Shown here one piece after another: positions 31,257 through 40,862 of a DNA stretch of 64,000 nucleotides (the stretch's first letter is position 1; every line of letters starts with the position of its first letter). Location: positions 1 through 64,000 of the forward strand of contig JBEKSS010000005.1 in assembly GCA_049516875.1 (NCBI GenBank). Direction: 5' to 3'. Made by a program: the position numbers and the translations under genes. The notes under the pieces were generated by a model. That model did not search any database. It was not told the DNA's origin and saw nothing but the letters and a program-made list of their open reading frames with translations. This DNA comes from Candidatus Bathyarchaeia archaeon. Lineage in GTDB: Archaea > Thermoproteota > Bathyarchaeia > Bathyarchaeales > Bathycorpusculaceae.

Positions 31257-32204
31257 TCATAGATACTTCAGCAATTTCCCTTGGGTTTCCATCCCGATGG
31301 ACCATCTTAGAGTCTCTTCAACTATGTTCTGCAACTTGGAAGTGTAGCTCGCTAGCAATCCCGGATCTATGTCTTCTCCATGAACAAGGCTGCTCCTGTA
31401 CCCAAACATTCTTCCAATCTCAAGTTTAGGTTCAACTGCAGAGATTGGGATGTTCATCATTTTTGCCAGGAATTGCTTTGCCAAACGGACGTCAGTTTTT
31501 CCTTGCATGGTGATCGCCTCCAAAGAAATCCACAATGCTAAAAACCTGTCCTCAACGACTTTTTCTCTTGCACCCTTGTAGAACCATCTGAGTGCGACAT
31601 TGACCCTTTTCCGGTCAAGTTCGTCCATCTTCATATACTTAACGAACGAGTCGATTAGTTCCTTGACCCCTTGAGGAAAAAGATTCACAATGGTAAATGC
31701 AGCCTCATTTCGAATGACAGGAGAGTTCATGCAACATCTGCTAGTATAGTTCAATTTGGTTTTCCCAACTCCCTCTTCTACCGCTGCTTTGTCAAACTTG
31801 AGTTCCAGTTCTTGCGTGTCTTCAACTATCTTGCTATCCAAAGCCCTTTCTCCCAAAATAAGATGGATCAGGGCAAGGATAGGTTGCGCCTTCATTGAAC
31901 CGTCTGAAAGTACTCTGTTTGTTGTCTCTTCAGTCGAAAATACGAACAGCTCGAGATAGTTGTCAGGTTGAAATTCTCTTCGACCTGCCTCAACCTTGAT
32001 TATCCTCTCCTCATCTGGAACACTGTAAAATCCACGGTCCTGACACTCAATTCCGCTTACGTGAATTGCGAAAGACGGAAGCGCCTTTCTGGTCACTCTC
32101 AGCAAGAAATTTCTCGCAAGAAACAATTCCTCTTCAAAATCTACTGTTTTGAGGGAACGAAAAACAATACGATAGGATTTTGCAATCTTTATGACTTCTT
32201 CCAT
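31257..32204 (-). CDS. HEPN-domain protein (ApeA-like), putative RNase/defence effector
   Basis: ALRWF...RFLALWISLEAI helix and R-x4-H motif YRSSLVHG. Confidence 0.8.
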   Translation of the reverse strand: MEEVIKIAKSYRIVFRSLKTVDFEEELFLARNFLLRVTRKALPSFAIHVSGIECQDRGFYSVPDEERIIKVEAGRREFQPDNYLELFVFSTEETTNRVLSDGSMKAQPILALIHLILGERALDSKIVEDTQELELKFDKAAVEEGVGKTKLNYTSRCCMNSPVIRNEAAFTIVNLFPQGVKELIDSFVKYMKMDELDRKRVNVALRWFYKGAREKVVEDRFLALWISLEAITMQGKTDVRLAKQFLAKMMNIPISAVEPKLEIGRMFGYRSSLVHGEDIDPGLLASYTSKLQNIVEETLRWSIGMETQGKLLKYL

Positions 32205-32360
32205 GACAGAGTATCCAGTTCAGTCGTTTAAAAGGCCTTTCCCGATTTGAGGCTTTCACTGGCGCAGGGTGTGGGATTCGCTTGATGTTCAAATCTCGCA
32301 CCCATCACTGTGCAAACATAGCTTTGGTTAGGCTCCATTTCGGTTAACAGCTCCAAAATA

Positions 32361-32396
32361 TGGCTAAAGTGGCGAAAGTGGCGAAAATGACGCACT
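32361..32396 (+). repeat. 9-bp tandem repeats next to a TATA box
   Basis: TGGCTAAAG-TGGCGAAAG-TGGCGAAAA-TGACGCACT directly before TTTATAAA at about 32400. Confidence 0.55.
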
Positions 32397-32486
32397 AAAT
32401 TTATAAACGAACAATACATACTTTTATCATGAGAATGGAAAGGGTGTGAAAAAACGGAAGAAACTATAAACCTTGATGACCGGCAT

Positions 32487-32699
32487 GTGCTGATTAAAGT
32501 TTATCGTGTACGCGCTACTGGCGCCGGGAACGCAACCCTGGAAACAAGTATTCCACGAGAAGTTTTTGAGCGAGAGGCCAGGCGGGCTGGCCTAACGGTT
32601 GAAGAGGCATTAGAAAAACTTGTGGCCGTATGGCGCTATAACAGCTTCCCTGGAATCCACCTGACTTTCGAGCCTAAAAAGGAGAGGTCGCAATTATGA
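32487..32699 (+). CDS. Small AbrB/SpoVT-like regulator
   Basis: YRVRATG.G.ATLETSIPREV swapped-hairpin-like pattern; first gene of the replication operon. Confidence 0.55.
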   Translation: MLIKVYRVRATGAGNATLETSIPREVFEREARRAGLTVEEALEKLVAVWRYNSFPGIHLTFEPKKERSQL

Positions 32700-32787
32700 C
32701 AAAGGAAAAACACCGGGTTTCTGGCCCGGTGACCCAAACGAAAACACCGATCAGGACCTAAGTTGAGCTTCGTGAGGGTAATTCTAA

Positions 32788-32994
32788 ATGAGTAACTCTG
32801 TGCTTTATAAGTTTTCAATCGGGTCGCCTGTCAAAGGGTCCACCGGCCTTGGCTGGCCCCGTTATGTCCGGTGCCCATTACTTGAGAGATGGGTTTCGAC
32901 GGATGTTTGTGCGCGTATGAAATGCCGATGTTCCGACATCGAAGAGAAAACCGCTACTGCTTACGCTGTCATGGCAAAGTCTTTTGGAGCGTGA
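32788..32994 (+). CDS. Cys-rich hypothetical protein
   Basis: 68 aa, RCPL...VCARMKCRC; fits the operon. Confidence 0.45.
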   Translation: MSNSVLYKFSIGSPVKGSTGLGWPRYVRCPLLERWVSTDVCARMKCRCSDIEEKTATAYAVMAKSFGA

Positions 32995-32999
32995 TTTGT

Positions 33000-33479
33000 A
33001 TGAGTCAACAACCTCAGCAGAGCTTGGACAGAACCATTGTACTGGGCCAAGTGGAAGAGCTCAGAAAAACGGTTGAAGATGTTAGAGCGGCCTTAGATGA
33101 GTTGAAGCAAAGAATCATCAAGTTAGAAGCTGACGCAGGCGTGACGGAAACAGGCCTCAGCGCGGTTGCCAGCGCATTAGAGCTTCGCGGGATCCTCAAG
33201 AATGGTGAACCTGTTCAGGAAAAAGAGCCCGCAGCAGCCGTGAAAGAGGAAACCTTCGCAATCCTGAAGTGGGAGTCTCAGCAGGGCGCCAAGATAGGGT
33301 CCTATGATGTTGCCTACGAGGCCAGCAACCTCGAGGACAAGTGGACGTCAGCCTTCAACATTCTGAGGCAAAATAACAGCACGATAAAGGACAGGTATCA
33401 CGGTCAAGGCTACGAATTTTCGTACTGGCTTTATGGCGAGGGCAAAATCTACAAGCAAAGATTGAAGGCGAAAACTTGA
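33000..33479 (+). CDS. Hypothetical protein with N-terminal coiled coil
   Basis: ATG at 33000 in frame with the ORF-track ORF; stop overlaps the next start. Confidence 0.7.
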   Translation: MSQQPQQSLDRTIVLGQVEELRKTVEDVRAALDELKQRIIKLEADAGVTETGLSAVASALELRGILKNGEPVQEKEPAAAVKEETFAILKWESQQGAKIGSYDVAYEASNLEDKWTSAFNILRQNNSTIKDRYHGQGYEFSYWLYGEGKIYKQRLKAKT

Positions 33480-33784
33480 GAGTACATTGTACGTACGGAT
33501 CTTCGGTTTTCATGGTTCGTATCCCAAAAGAGCAGGAAGACATGATCGTTCTAGTCTGTTTCGGATGTAAGAAGTCCTGGCCTGTGAAGGTTGACTGTTT
33601 GCCGAAACCTGAGTGTCCCAAATGCTCTTCTGTGACGTTCATTGTTCATACTCCACCGAAGAGCACAGCAACCCGCGACAAAATAGTATGGTTAATTTGC
33701 GATGAATGCCGGGCGCTTCAAAACATCAAGTTTGGCGAACTTACGGAAGTTGACTCTGGCGGCGTTTTGAAGAGGAAGGTGTAA
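33476..33784 (+). CDS. Zinc-finger protein
   Basis: CFGC, CPKC and CDEC motifs. Confidence 0.6.
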   Translation: MRVHCTYGSSVFMVRIPKEQEDMIVLVCFGCKKSWPVKVDCLPKPECPKCSSVTFIVHTPPKSTATRDKIVWLICDECRALQNIKFGELTEVDSGGVLKRKV

Positions 33785-33786
33785 CA

Positions 33787-35718
33787 TTGCCAGGCGTCAA
33801 ACTTGATGATGATTTTTACATCGAGAAAACAGCAGAGGGTTATGTTCTTCTTGATCCCGGCGGCAAGGCTGTCCTGGGTCCATTTACGCTGACAGACAAA
33901 TCAATAATGAAAAAGATTGAAGAGCGCACGGGGGCGTCAGAAAAGGCTGTGGAGAGTGCTCTGGCCGAGCTTGCAGTACTATCTGCTGAAGAAACTAAAA
34001 AGACAAAGGCGGACAAGGAGAAGAGAGTCAAGAAAAAACTGAAGGATTCAGGGCTCACGGTTGAGGGTTCCTTTGAAGCAATTTACTCAGACGATAAGCC
34101 CTGTTTTTTGTTGAAGAATGGTGAGAGCTTCAGTATTGTCGAGAGCCTTGACAGTGATGGAGAAAAGGTTTTCCCGAAAGAGGCGAGAAACGTCCCTTAC
34201 GAGCCCTATGGCTATTTTCAAGGTTCTGTTCCAAACAGGGAAGACTTGTTCTGGCGGGTCCGGCAGGAGTTTGACACATGGATAGATGTGGAGCCTATCT
34301 GGAAAGATGTCTTAACCGCGTTAGTAATCTTGACGTACCTTCAGGAGAAACTTCGAACGGTACCATACATTTTCCTCTTTGGCGACAACGAATCGGGCAA
34401 AAGCACGGTCCTGCAGCTGCTAAAGTTTCTGTGTTACAGACCCATGTACGGGGTGACCATTCCAGCCGCGGACCTCTACGGGTACTTGGAAGACAGCGAC
34501 AGCATAGGCTGCATCTTGGAAGACGAAGTTCAGGGTATCAACAAGGACACGGACAAGATCAAGATTTACAAGGCAGGCTACAAGGCGGGAGCTGTCGTGC
34601 CGAGGACCCTTATCACCCAGAACGACCGTATCATAAAGTATTACAAAACTTTCAGTTTCAAAGCATGCGCGAGTGAACAGATACCACAGGTAAAGGGTTT
34701 CGCTGAGAGATTTCTCTTCATTCCTATGGTCGAAGGTTTTCCCCTGAAGGAGTGGGCGGACGCGACAGAAGAGGACTTGCACCGTCTTCACACTCTGCGA
34801 GATATCCTTTTGAAGTGGCGCATGCTCAGCCGAGACTGGGACTTGCCTAGCCTGGAGCTGCAGATGAAGGGGCGGCTTAAGGAACTGTGGAAGCCCATTC
34901 TACAGGTCACGCATGGCCTGCCGGTCTATGAGGACCTCTTCAAGTTTGTGGAGACCCAGAAAAACGAGAGGCTAAGCAACAGGCAGAACACTCTCGAGGG
35001 GCACATCGTCAAGGTCGTCGTCGACCTTCACAACGAGATGAGAGAGGAGAAGTCGAATCTTCCTTTCACGCTAATCTGGGAGGAACTCGTTCACGATCTC
35101 AACGGCAAACTTGACGACCGGAAACCACACGTTATGGACACAAGCGAGTTCTTCGAGGTGACTAAGAACAAGGTTGGTTATCGGCTGCGAGAAGTGCTTA
35201 GTGGCAGAACAACAGTGATAAAAGACAGAGATAGCGATGGAAAGCGTGTTTCTGTTAAAGCATATGTTTTCGACTCTGAGAAGTTGAGGCGTGTAGCCAA
35301 AAAGTATGGTTATGAAGTGTCTACTAAGTTACCGAGTCTACTAAGTTCCGAGAGTGCGCTCACGCCTGAAAGTATGGATAAAACCACTCTTAACAATGTT
35401 GAAAAAGAGCCTTGTACACCTCAGGAACTCGGTAGACTTAGTAACTCAGTAGACAGCCAAAAAGAGCCCTCTGGACTAGCTGTAGAAGACTCTTCTATAT
35501 CGAAAAATCCATTAAAAGAAAGTGTCGTAGACGAAAGGCTGTCAAACTCGGTAACAACCGAGCATACTCCTGGCGAAGAGGAAAGGGTTTGCGGTAAGTG
35601 CGCATCATGGCATAAACCAGGCTGTTCCTATCCAGAAGGCGAGCCTTCTTGTGTCACTCCATTGAACCGGTATGCCGCTGATTGTAAGGACTTCATTGCC
35701 GAGGAGGCCAAGGCATGA
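33787..35718 (+). CDS. P-loop replication protein (helicase/primase-associated, DUF3631-like) with C-terminal wHTH and Cys cluster
   Basis: Walker A GDNESGKST, Walker B ILEDE, GYKAGA, GRLKELWKPI; C-terminal CGKC...C...C...C. Confidence 0.75.
   Translation: MPGVKLDDDFYIEKTAEGYVLLDPGGKAVLGPFTLTDKSIMKKIEERTGASEKAVESALAELAVLSAEETKKTKADKEKRVKKKLKDSGLTVEGSFEAIYSDDKPCFLLKNGESFSIVESLDSDGEKVFPKEARNVPYEPYGYFQGSVPNREDLFWRVRQEFDTWIDVEPIWKDVLTALVILTYLQEKLRTVPYIFLFGDNESGKSTVLQLLKFLCYRPMYGVTIPAADLYGYLEDSDSIGCILEDEVQGINKDTDKIKIYKAGYKAGAVVPRTLITQNDRIIKYYKTFSFKACASEQIPQVKGFAERFLFIPMVEGFPLKEWADATEEDLHRLHTLRDILLKWRMLSRDWDLPSLELQMKGRLKELWKPILQVTHGLPVYEDLFKFVETQKNERLSNRQNTLEGHIVKVVVDLHNEMREEKSNLPFTLIWEELVHDLNGKLDDRKPHVMDTSEFFEVTKNKVGYRLREVLSGRTTVIKDRDSDGKRVSVKAYVFDSEKLRRVAKKYGYEVSTKLPSLLSSESALTPESMDKTTLNNVEKEPCTPQELGRLSNSVDSQKEPSGLAVEDSSISKNPLKESVVDERLSNSVTTEHTPGEEERVCGKCASWHKPGCSYPEGEPSCVTPLNRYAADCKDFIAEEAKA
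35319..35555. repeat. Iteron-like direct and inverted repeats (putative origin) inside the replication gene
   Basis: GTCTACTAAGTT at 35319 and 35336; inverted variants AACTCGGTAGAC (35426), AACTCAGTAGAC (35443), AACTCGGTAAC (35545). Confidence 0.6.
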
Positions 35719-36122
35719 CAGCTGTCGAGAAGCAGAGAACTAGCATGAACGGCCATCTGTCTGTCCTGGTCCAGCGGGTTCACGATGACGAGACACGGCT
35801 TGGCTACGCGAGTAAAGAACACCTCATCGACGTTTGCGAGTTCATATTGTCTTGGCCAGGCAGGTATGGTCGCGTAGAATATTCCGAGGCCATAAAACTT
35901 CTTGCACATTACCGTCTTGCGAAACTCGCAAACGTTTACCATAGTTATCGTGGCACGTGCCGGCGTCTCATTGAGGCTGAACGTGCGAAGCCGTATTTTG
36001 GGCGGTGCAGACGCTGCGGCAAAACCATTTCAAATCCAATCAGCCTGGCCTTTGGACACGGTCCAATTTGTAGAAAAAAACTTGGAATTCATGAGAAAGC
36101 TGGAGATCCGCAAGAGGGATAG
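35715..36122 (+). CDS. DUF6011-like zinc-finger protein
   Basis: RCRRCGKTISNPISLAFGHGPICRKK. Confidence 0.75.
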   Translation: MTAVEKQRTSMNGHLSVLVQRVHDDETRLGYASKEHLIDVCEFILSWPGRYGRVEYSEAIKLLAHYRLAKLANVYHSYRGTCRRLIEAERAKPYFGRCRRCGKTISNPISLAFGHGPICRKKLGIHEKAGDPQEG

Positions 36123-36125
36123 AAA

Positions 36126-37028
36126 GTGACCCAGGACGTCGTTGAACCGAAAGCATCCATCGTTGAATCTTCACCGGAGCTCAGGGTGAACCCTGAGTAT
36201 GAGAGGTTGCTGCCAAGGCTGAGTGTGCGTGAGTTTGAGGCCCTGAAACTTTCAATCAAGACTGAAGGCCAGCACTTCCCGATAGCCGTAAACCCTCAAC
36301 ATGAAATCTTGGACGGACACACCAGGGCGAGGGCCTGCAAAGAGTTGGGCGTGGCACCGGAGTATGAAGTGAAATCCTTCTCAAACAAACTGCTGGAAAA
36401 GAAGTTCGTCGTGGAAGCGAACCTGAGACGGCGGCAGCTGAATCGATTTGAGAAGGCAGAGCTCGGCAAGGTCCTTCTCGAAGTTGAATCTAAACTTGCC
36501 AGACAAAGACAGTTGTCCAAGCTCAAACGGGGGACTGAAACCACGTCTGGACCAAATGGTCCGAACGGGGAAAAGGGTCGAGCTCGTGACCTTGTTGGCA
36601 AGCAAATCGGCCTGAGCTCCACAACCTTTCACAGAGCCCTAACAATCATGGACAAGGGCTCGGAAGACTTGAAAGCCGAAGTGAGAGAGGGAAAGACAAG
36701 CATAGCCCACGCCTACCAGACGGTTCGGCCAGAGGCGACCCACCAGAAGCCACGTGAAATCAGCCGGGTTGAAACTTCACCTGCACTGAAGAACCAGACC
36801 GACGTCCAGACGCATCACGAAAAGAATGCCTCTCCCAAAAATGAAAATGACCAGCGTGTACCTCGCACAATTCTCTTTTGGCCCTACGAACTGGCTATCA
36901 TCCAGCGGTTCACACCAGGGCCGCCGCCGACTACGTTTGAAGATCTCGTCCATAAGGCTGCCTACGACAAGTACGTCAAAGGACAACCAGTTCGAAGCCG
37001 GCTGAGCTCAGGGGAAGTGATTGGGTGA
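36126..37028 (+). CDS. ParB/Srx N-terminal domain protein
   Basis: LKLSIKTEGQHFPI.V, ILDGHTR, EANLRRRQL, HTH-like ARDLVGKQIGLSSTTF. Confidence 0.85.
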   Translation: MTQDVVEPKASIVESSPELRVNPEYERLLPRLSVREFEALKLSIKTEGQHFPIAVNPQHEILDGHTRARACKELGVAPEYEVKSFSNKLLEKKFVVEANLRRRQLNRFEKAELGKVLLEVESKLARQRQLSKLKRGTETTSGPNGPNGEKGRARDLVGKQIGLSSTTFHRALTIMDKGSEDLKAEVREGKTSIAHAYQTVRPEATHQKPREISRVETSPALKNQTDVQTHHEKNASPKNENDQRVPRTILFWPYELAIIQRFTPGPPPTTFEDLVHKAAYDKYVKGQPVRSRLSSGEVIG

Positions 37029-37372
37029 GCAAGGAAGTAGAATTTCTCGTCAAGTTACGCGATGCAGCTCAAATGATGGCCGACGCCTGCCAGGAGCTTC
37101 TAGAGTCAAAGTCACCCACGCAAGAGCCCAGCCAGCCGAGGATCCCTGTTCTGGACCTGGCTCAGGTCAACGCCCTGCCATGGAAACCATACGAGAAGCA
37201 ACCAGCAGGCGCATGGATATTCACGAATAACCGACGGCCCACGGGCTCTGATAAACTCATTGAAGCCGTCAAAGGCGCCAACGGGAAACTGGAGCTCGGC
37301 GAATACAAGTACAGCCTTTCAAGAGACCCGTCAAAACCCTTCCTCAGCCGCTGGCCAACGAAAAAGAAATAG
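37025..37372 (+). CDS. Hypothetical protein
   Basis: GTGA overlap with the ParB gene; LPWKPY...AWIF. Confidence 0.7.
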   Translation: MSKEVEFLVKLRDAAQMMADACQELLESKSPTQEPSQPRIPVLDLAQVNALPWKPYEKQPAGAWIFTNNRRPTGSDKLIEAVKGANGKLELGEYKYSLSRDPSKPFLSRWPTKKK

Positions 37373-37603
37373 GATGGAGAAAGGTCTTGCTCACGAACAG
37401 CGGACATAGCACCACCTTACGGCGGCGAACACTCTGGAGCAGGGCTTCAAGGACGCGCCCAGCCGCAGACCCTCTAAAACCAATAAGGAAGGGTGTTCGA
37501 AGGCAAATAGGCCTGATGTCCGAGCTGCAGAAAACCAAGTTGTATTCAAAAGACCATTGTAGGATGGGTTTGTATCTTCACAATAACACAGGAAGGACAT
37601 GAT

Positions 37604-37828
37604 ATGACCATTAAGAATCAAAGCCACTTTTCTGACAATTTGAGCGAATGGGAAAAGAGGGGCAACCTCAAAACGATGATGGTTCTGAACGTGACCTCGA
37701 GAGGCAGCAGCTTGGCTGTGATCATTCCTAGAGACGTTGTGGAAGTCAACGGCTTGGTTTCAGGCGACAGAGTTAGGGTTTGGCTCTTGGACCATTATCG
37801 GAGAAGAAGGCGTGGTGAAACAACTTGA
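37604..37828 (+). CDS. AbrB/MazE/SpoVT DNA-binding protein
   Basis: RGSSLAVIIPRDVVEVNGLVSGDRVRV. Confidence 0.85.
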   Translation: MTIKNQSHFSDNLSEWEKRGNLKTMMVLNVTSRGSSLAVIIPRDVVEVNGLVSGDRVRVWLLDHYRRRRRGETT

Positions 37829-37986
37829 AGGGAGACGAGGAATGCGAGGAACATCAATGCGAATATCTGAAGTGGTGTGTTTGGCATCCTGAGGACTGCC
37901 AAGGAAAGCCTTGGGACAAAAGAAGAGTCGTCGATACCATCAGAAACAATCGCTCCAGAGCCCTAACAAGGATTCCGCACCCTTAA
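37825..37986 (+). CDS. 53-aa Cys/His-rich microprotein
   Basis: TTG overlapping the AbrB stop (TTGA); CEEHQCEYLKWCVWHPEDC. Confidence 0.45.
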   Translation: MKGDEECEEHQCEYLKWCVWHPEDCQGKPWDKRRVVDTIRNNRSRALTRIPHP

Positions 37987-38162
37987 TGGATCAGAAAAGC
38001 ACTCAACCCCAGAGCCCAGACAGAAAACGACAGTGCTACATCTCATAGAATTAGTGCTCTGAAGCACTTCCTTCTCTTCTCAAGGCTTCAACGATTCGTT
38101 TCCTAGACGCTTGGGCTTCTTCGTCAAGCGGCGGTCCACATCTTGCAGACTGCTTCAACCCG

Positions 38163-39383
38163 TCACTCCGGAACACTGAATCCTTCTTTCTTCAAGGCAC
38201 CTAAGACTGTTTCCCGAGCTTCTGGCGGCACTTCCCTGGACCCTGCTGGCATCAATGCGGAAGCGATGTTTTGAGCTGCTTTCGACGCCGGCGCCTCTTT
38301 CAAAATCTCTCGTCCGAAATCCGTCAGCTTTTCAAGCCCCTGTCCAATTAACTTGAATTCATCAGTCCGCCATTCACCAAGATTCCCCCTGAGTCCTCGG
38401 ATCTCGTCTTTGAGTTCCCCAATCTGCCCACGCATTGCGTCTCGATCTTTTTGGTCTAACTCTTTCTCCTTGGTTTTCAACTCAGCCTCAAGTTTCTCTA
38501 TCTTTTCACCCAGCTTGCTCACTGAACCATCGTCTAGCAGCGTTTTCGGAGTCTCGAGTTTCTTGTTGATATTTTCCAGGCTATTATTGATGGTTCGAAG
38601 TCCATCGTCAACTTTTTCGATTCTGCCCTCCATATCTCTGAAACGCAGTTGCGTACGCATATCATCTTCTGAGTACATGCGTGGCGACTGGTCCATACCG
38701 CGGTCTGGGTACAACCCTCCACCACCCTTGCCGTAGCCGTAATCAGGATATCCTTGTGGACGCGGCTGCCCCACTCGATAGCCCTGAAAGGTTCCCCCCA
38801 TGCCTCGCATCCGGTCCAAATGAAAACTTTCAGCGACTCTTTGAACCCTTTGAACGATATCCATGACATCAGCATCGCTCAGCCTCGGGTTAAACCTGGC
38901 TATAAGAGCATGGAGCCTGTACGCGTCGAAAATCAACTCCTCATCTGAGGCAAAACGCTTGAGAATATAGGCAGACGCCTTCTCAGACGCTCCAGGAACG
39001 CTCATTAATTCCTCTTCTAAAGTCCGGGACATTTCGTCGCGCATGTCCTGGAGCGGATCCGGCTTCCCTTCTGTTCGTCTGGGGGGCTCCTCCTTGTGTG
39101 GTTCTTTCCCTTGAAGTTGTCCTGAACGGATGAGCCACCCTCGAAGGCCGTGGATAGTCTGAGTGCTGAGGCCTGTCACGTGCGATATCTCCTGCACATC
39201 AGTTTCACCCTGGAGAAGAGCCTGGATAGCCTGCTCACGAGGCCCTTCCTTCCCAGCCTCGTTCTCCATCCTGAGAGGTCCTTCTTCTCCTTCAAGGGTT
39301 TCTCCAGGTTTCTCCAAGGGTCCCTGAGCGTCACCTTGAGCCCGCTTGAGTTTCTCTTTTAAGCCACCCTCTTCTGCCATCAT
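38163..39383 (-). CDS. HTH + low-complexity + coiled-coil protein
   Basis: DVQEISHVTGLSTQTIHG HTH, G/Y/P-rich linker, long C-terminal coiled coil. Confidence 0.7.
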   Translation of the reverse strand: MMAEEGGLKEKLKRAQGDAQGPLEKPGETLEGEEGPLRMENEAGKEGPREQAIQALLQGETDVQEISHVTGLSTQTIHGLRGWLIRSGQLQGKEPHKEEPPRRTEGKPDPLQDMRDEMSRTLEEELMSVPGASEKASAYILKRFASDEELIFDAYRLHALIARFNPRLSDADVMDIVQRVQRVAESFHLDRMRGMGGTFQGYRVGQPRPQGYPDYGYGKGGGGLYPDRGMDQSPRMYSEDDMRTQLRFRDMEGRIEKVDDGLRTINNSLENINKKLETPKTLLDDGSVSKLGEKIEKLEAELKTKEKELDQKDRDAMRGQIGELKDEIRGLRGNLGEWRTDEFKLIGQGLEKLTDFGREILKEAPASKAAQNIASALMPAGSREVPPEARETVLGALKKEGFSVPE

Positions 39384-39445
39384 CTAAGCCTCATTTTAAA
39401 AGATTTAAAGGCAGTTCGTTAATAAACTTTGAAGAGGCGAACACT

Positions 39446-39889
39446 ATGACTCAGCAACCGGAAAAAACAAAAACGTCAACCCGAGGCGCCATTCTAGGCC
39501 AACTCATTACCGCTCAAAGGCTTCAGGCTCCGGGTCAAGGGCTCCCGAGCACTCAGGAACCGGGAGTTCCGCAGCAGGTTTTCGGGCTTCAGAACGTGCT
39601 GGACAAAATAGACCAGGTGCGAGCTCAGTTCCGTGGGCAAACGGGTTTCAAGCCTGGGTTGATCGCGGAAAGACGTGCCCTGCGAAGGTCTGAGGTGCTG
39701 ACGGCCGTCAGCTCTCCGAAGACGATCATCGTGAAAAATACGGAAACTGAAGATGCTCCTGCACCTGCTCCGCCTCCGAAAGCAGCCTTCAAATGCCCCT
39801 GGGAAAACTGTGGCTTCGAAACTGAAGATGCTGCGGCGTTTCAGTTTCATGTCACGGACCACAGTCGATTTCACCCAAAGAGCTATTGA
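39446..39889 (+). CDS. Protein with C-terminal C2H2 zinc finger
   Basis: FKCPWENCGF...FQFHVTDH. Confidence 0.7.
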   Translation: MTQQPEKTKTSTRGAILGQLITAQRLQAPGQGLPSTQEPGVPQQVFGLQNVLDKIDQVRAQFRGQTGFKPGLIAERRALRRSEVLTAVSSPKTIIVKNTETEDAPAPAPPPKAAFKCPWENCGFETEDAAAFQFHVTDHSRFHPKSY

Positions 39890-40311
39890 ATATGTCATCA
39901 AATCCTCTGGTTCTGCGACCTCTCGGCAGAAAATCGCAAGAACTAACTGCGCTTGATAGGAAACCCAACTGGCTTGGTTTTTTGCGCGTTCGATATTTCT
40001 GCAGGACTCACCATATCGAGGAAACCCTTAGGATGCCCGTTCTGCAAATTTCCCCCTCGAGCACAAGGTGGCGAAAGCTCAGAAAGCCGTGGTTTCATGT
40101 CTACTACAAAAAAATGCATAACTTTATGCTTTTTGAGAAGGTTCTCGTGGACTCGAGAGTTCAGGACATCGCCATCCGCGGAGCTGTTGACTGTATGTTT
40201 GAAGTTATCCGCAAAGAAACCACTTTGGATGGCTTCTTGGAGACGTGGTTCGAAAACAAACATGGCCGAGTAGAATATTCAGTGAAGAGAGAAGAAGTGG
40301 GGGACGATTGA
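39886..40311 (+). CDS. Hypothetical protein
   Basis: Overlaps the previous stop; YFCRTH. Confidence 0.55.
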   Translation: MNMSSNPLVLRPLGRKSQELTALDRKPNWLGFLRVRYFCRTHHIEETLRMPVLQISPSSTRWRKLRKPWFHVYYKKMHNFMLFEKVLVDSRVQDIAIRGAVDCMFEVIRKETTLDGFLETWFENKHGRVEYSVKREEVGDD

Positions 40312-40335
40312 ACCCTTTTGCAGTGTTTCGCGCGG

Positions 40336-40851
40336 TCAATAACCCATAGCCATGAAGTTTAGTGGGTAAGACCCTTGACCTATGGCGATATACGGGTTGT
40401 TAGCGAACGTTGGGCTTCCGACAGTGGCGAATGATCCTGGACGCGGCGCACATTTCAGACGAGGCTCATAGGTTCCGATGGTTCTGGCAACTGGGCTTCC
40501 TGTGGTAAGCATAACTATGGGAGTGGCAGAGTAGGGCGCATTAAAAGTAGTGTATCGGGGCGTGCCAATTCGGATAAATCCTGCCTGTTGCATGTAGGTC
40601 TGGATTCTGACAGTGTTGTTCGAGGACCCTGGGTTAACGACTCTTGCGTGGGCAATGATGGATAGGGGTGTTCCACCGGTGAGTATCATGTTGGTTACGG
40701 ATGTTAAGCCCAAGGTTCCGGCGGGAATCTCTCTTTCTGTCGACGGCCATCTCTGATTGATAATTCCTTCAGAAATCCTTCTCTGAGCGCCAATGACGCC
40801 TGAGGCGATCTCCTCCCTCGTGACTTGCACACGCCTTACGATTACCGGCAA
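40336..40851 (-). CDS. Beta-rich G(S/T)-repeat protein, possible virion/fibre protein
   Basis: TFNAPYSATPIVMLT...F.AMGY recalls H-type-lectin/gp53-like fibre domains. Confidence 0.55.
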   Translation of the reverse strand: MPVIVRRVQVTREEIASGVIGAQRRISEGIINQRWPSTEREIPAGTLGLTSVTNMILTGGTPLSIIAHARVVNPGSSNNTVRIQTYMQQAGFIRIGTPRYTTFNAPYSATPIVMLTTGSPVARTIGTYEPRLKCAPRPGSFATVGSPTFANNPYIAIGQGSYPLNFMAMGY

Positions 40852-40862
40852 GGTGTTTACAC

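Noticed and set aside
32260-32313. Complete tRNA gene or current att site
   Set aside because: Only a 3'-end-like 21-mer; no cloverleaf and no second copy seen in the window
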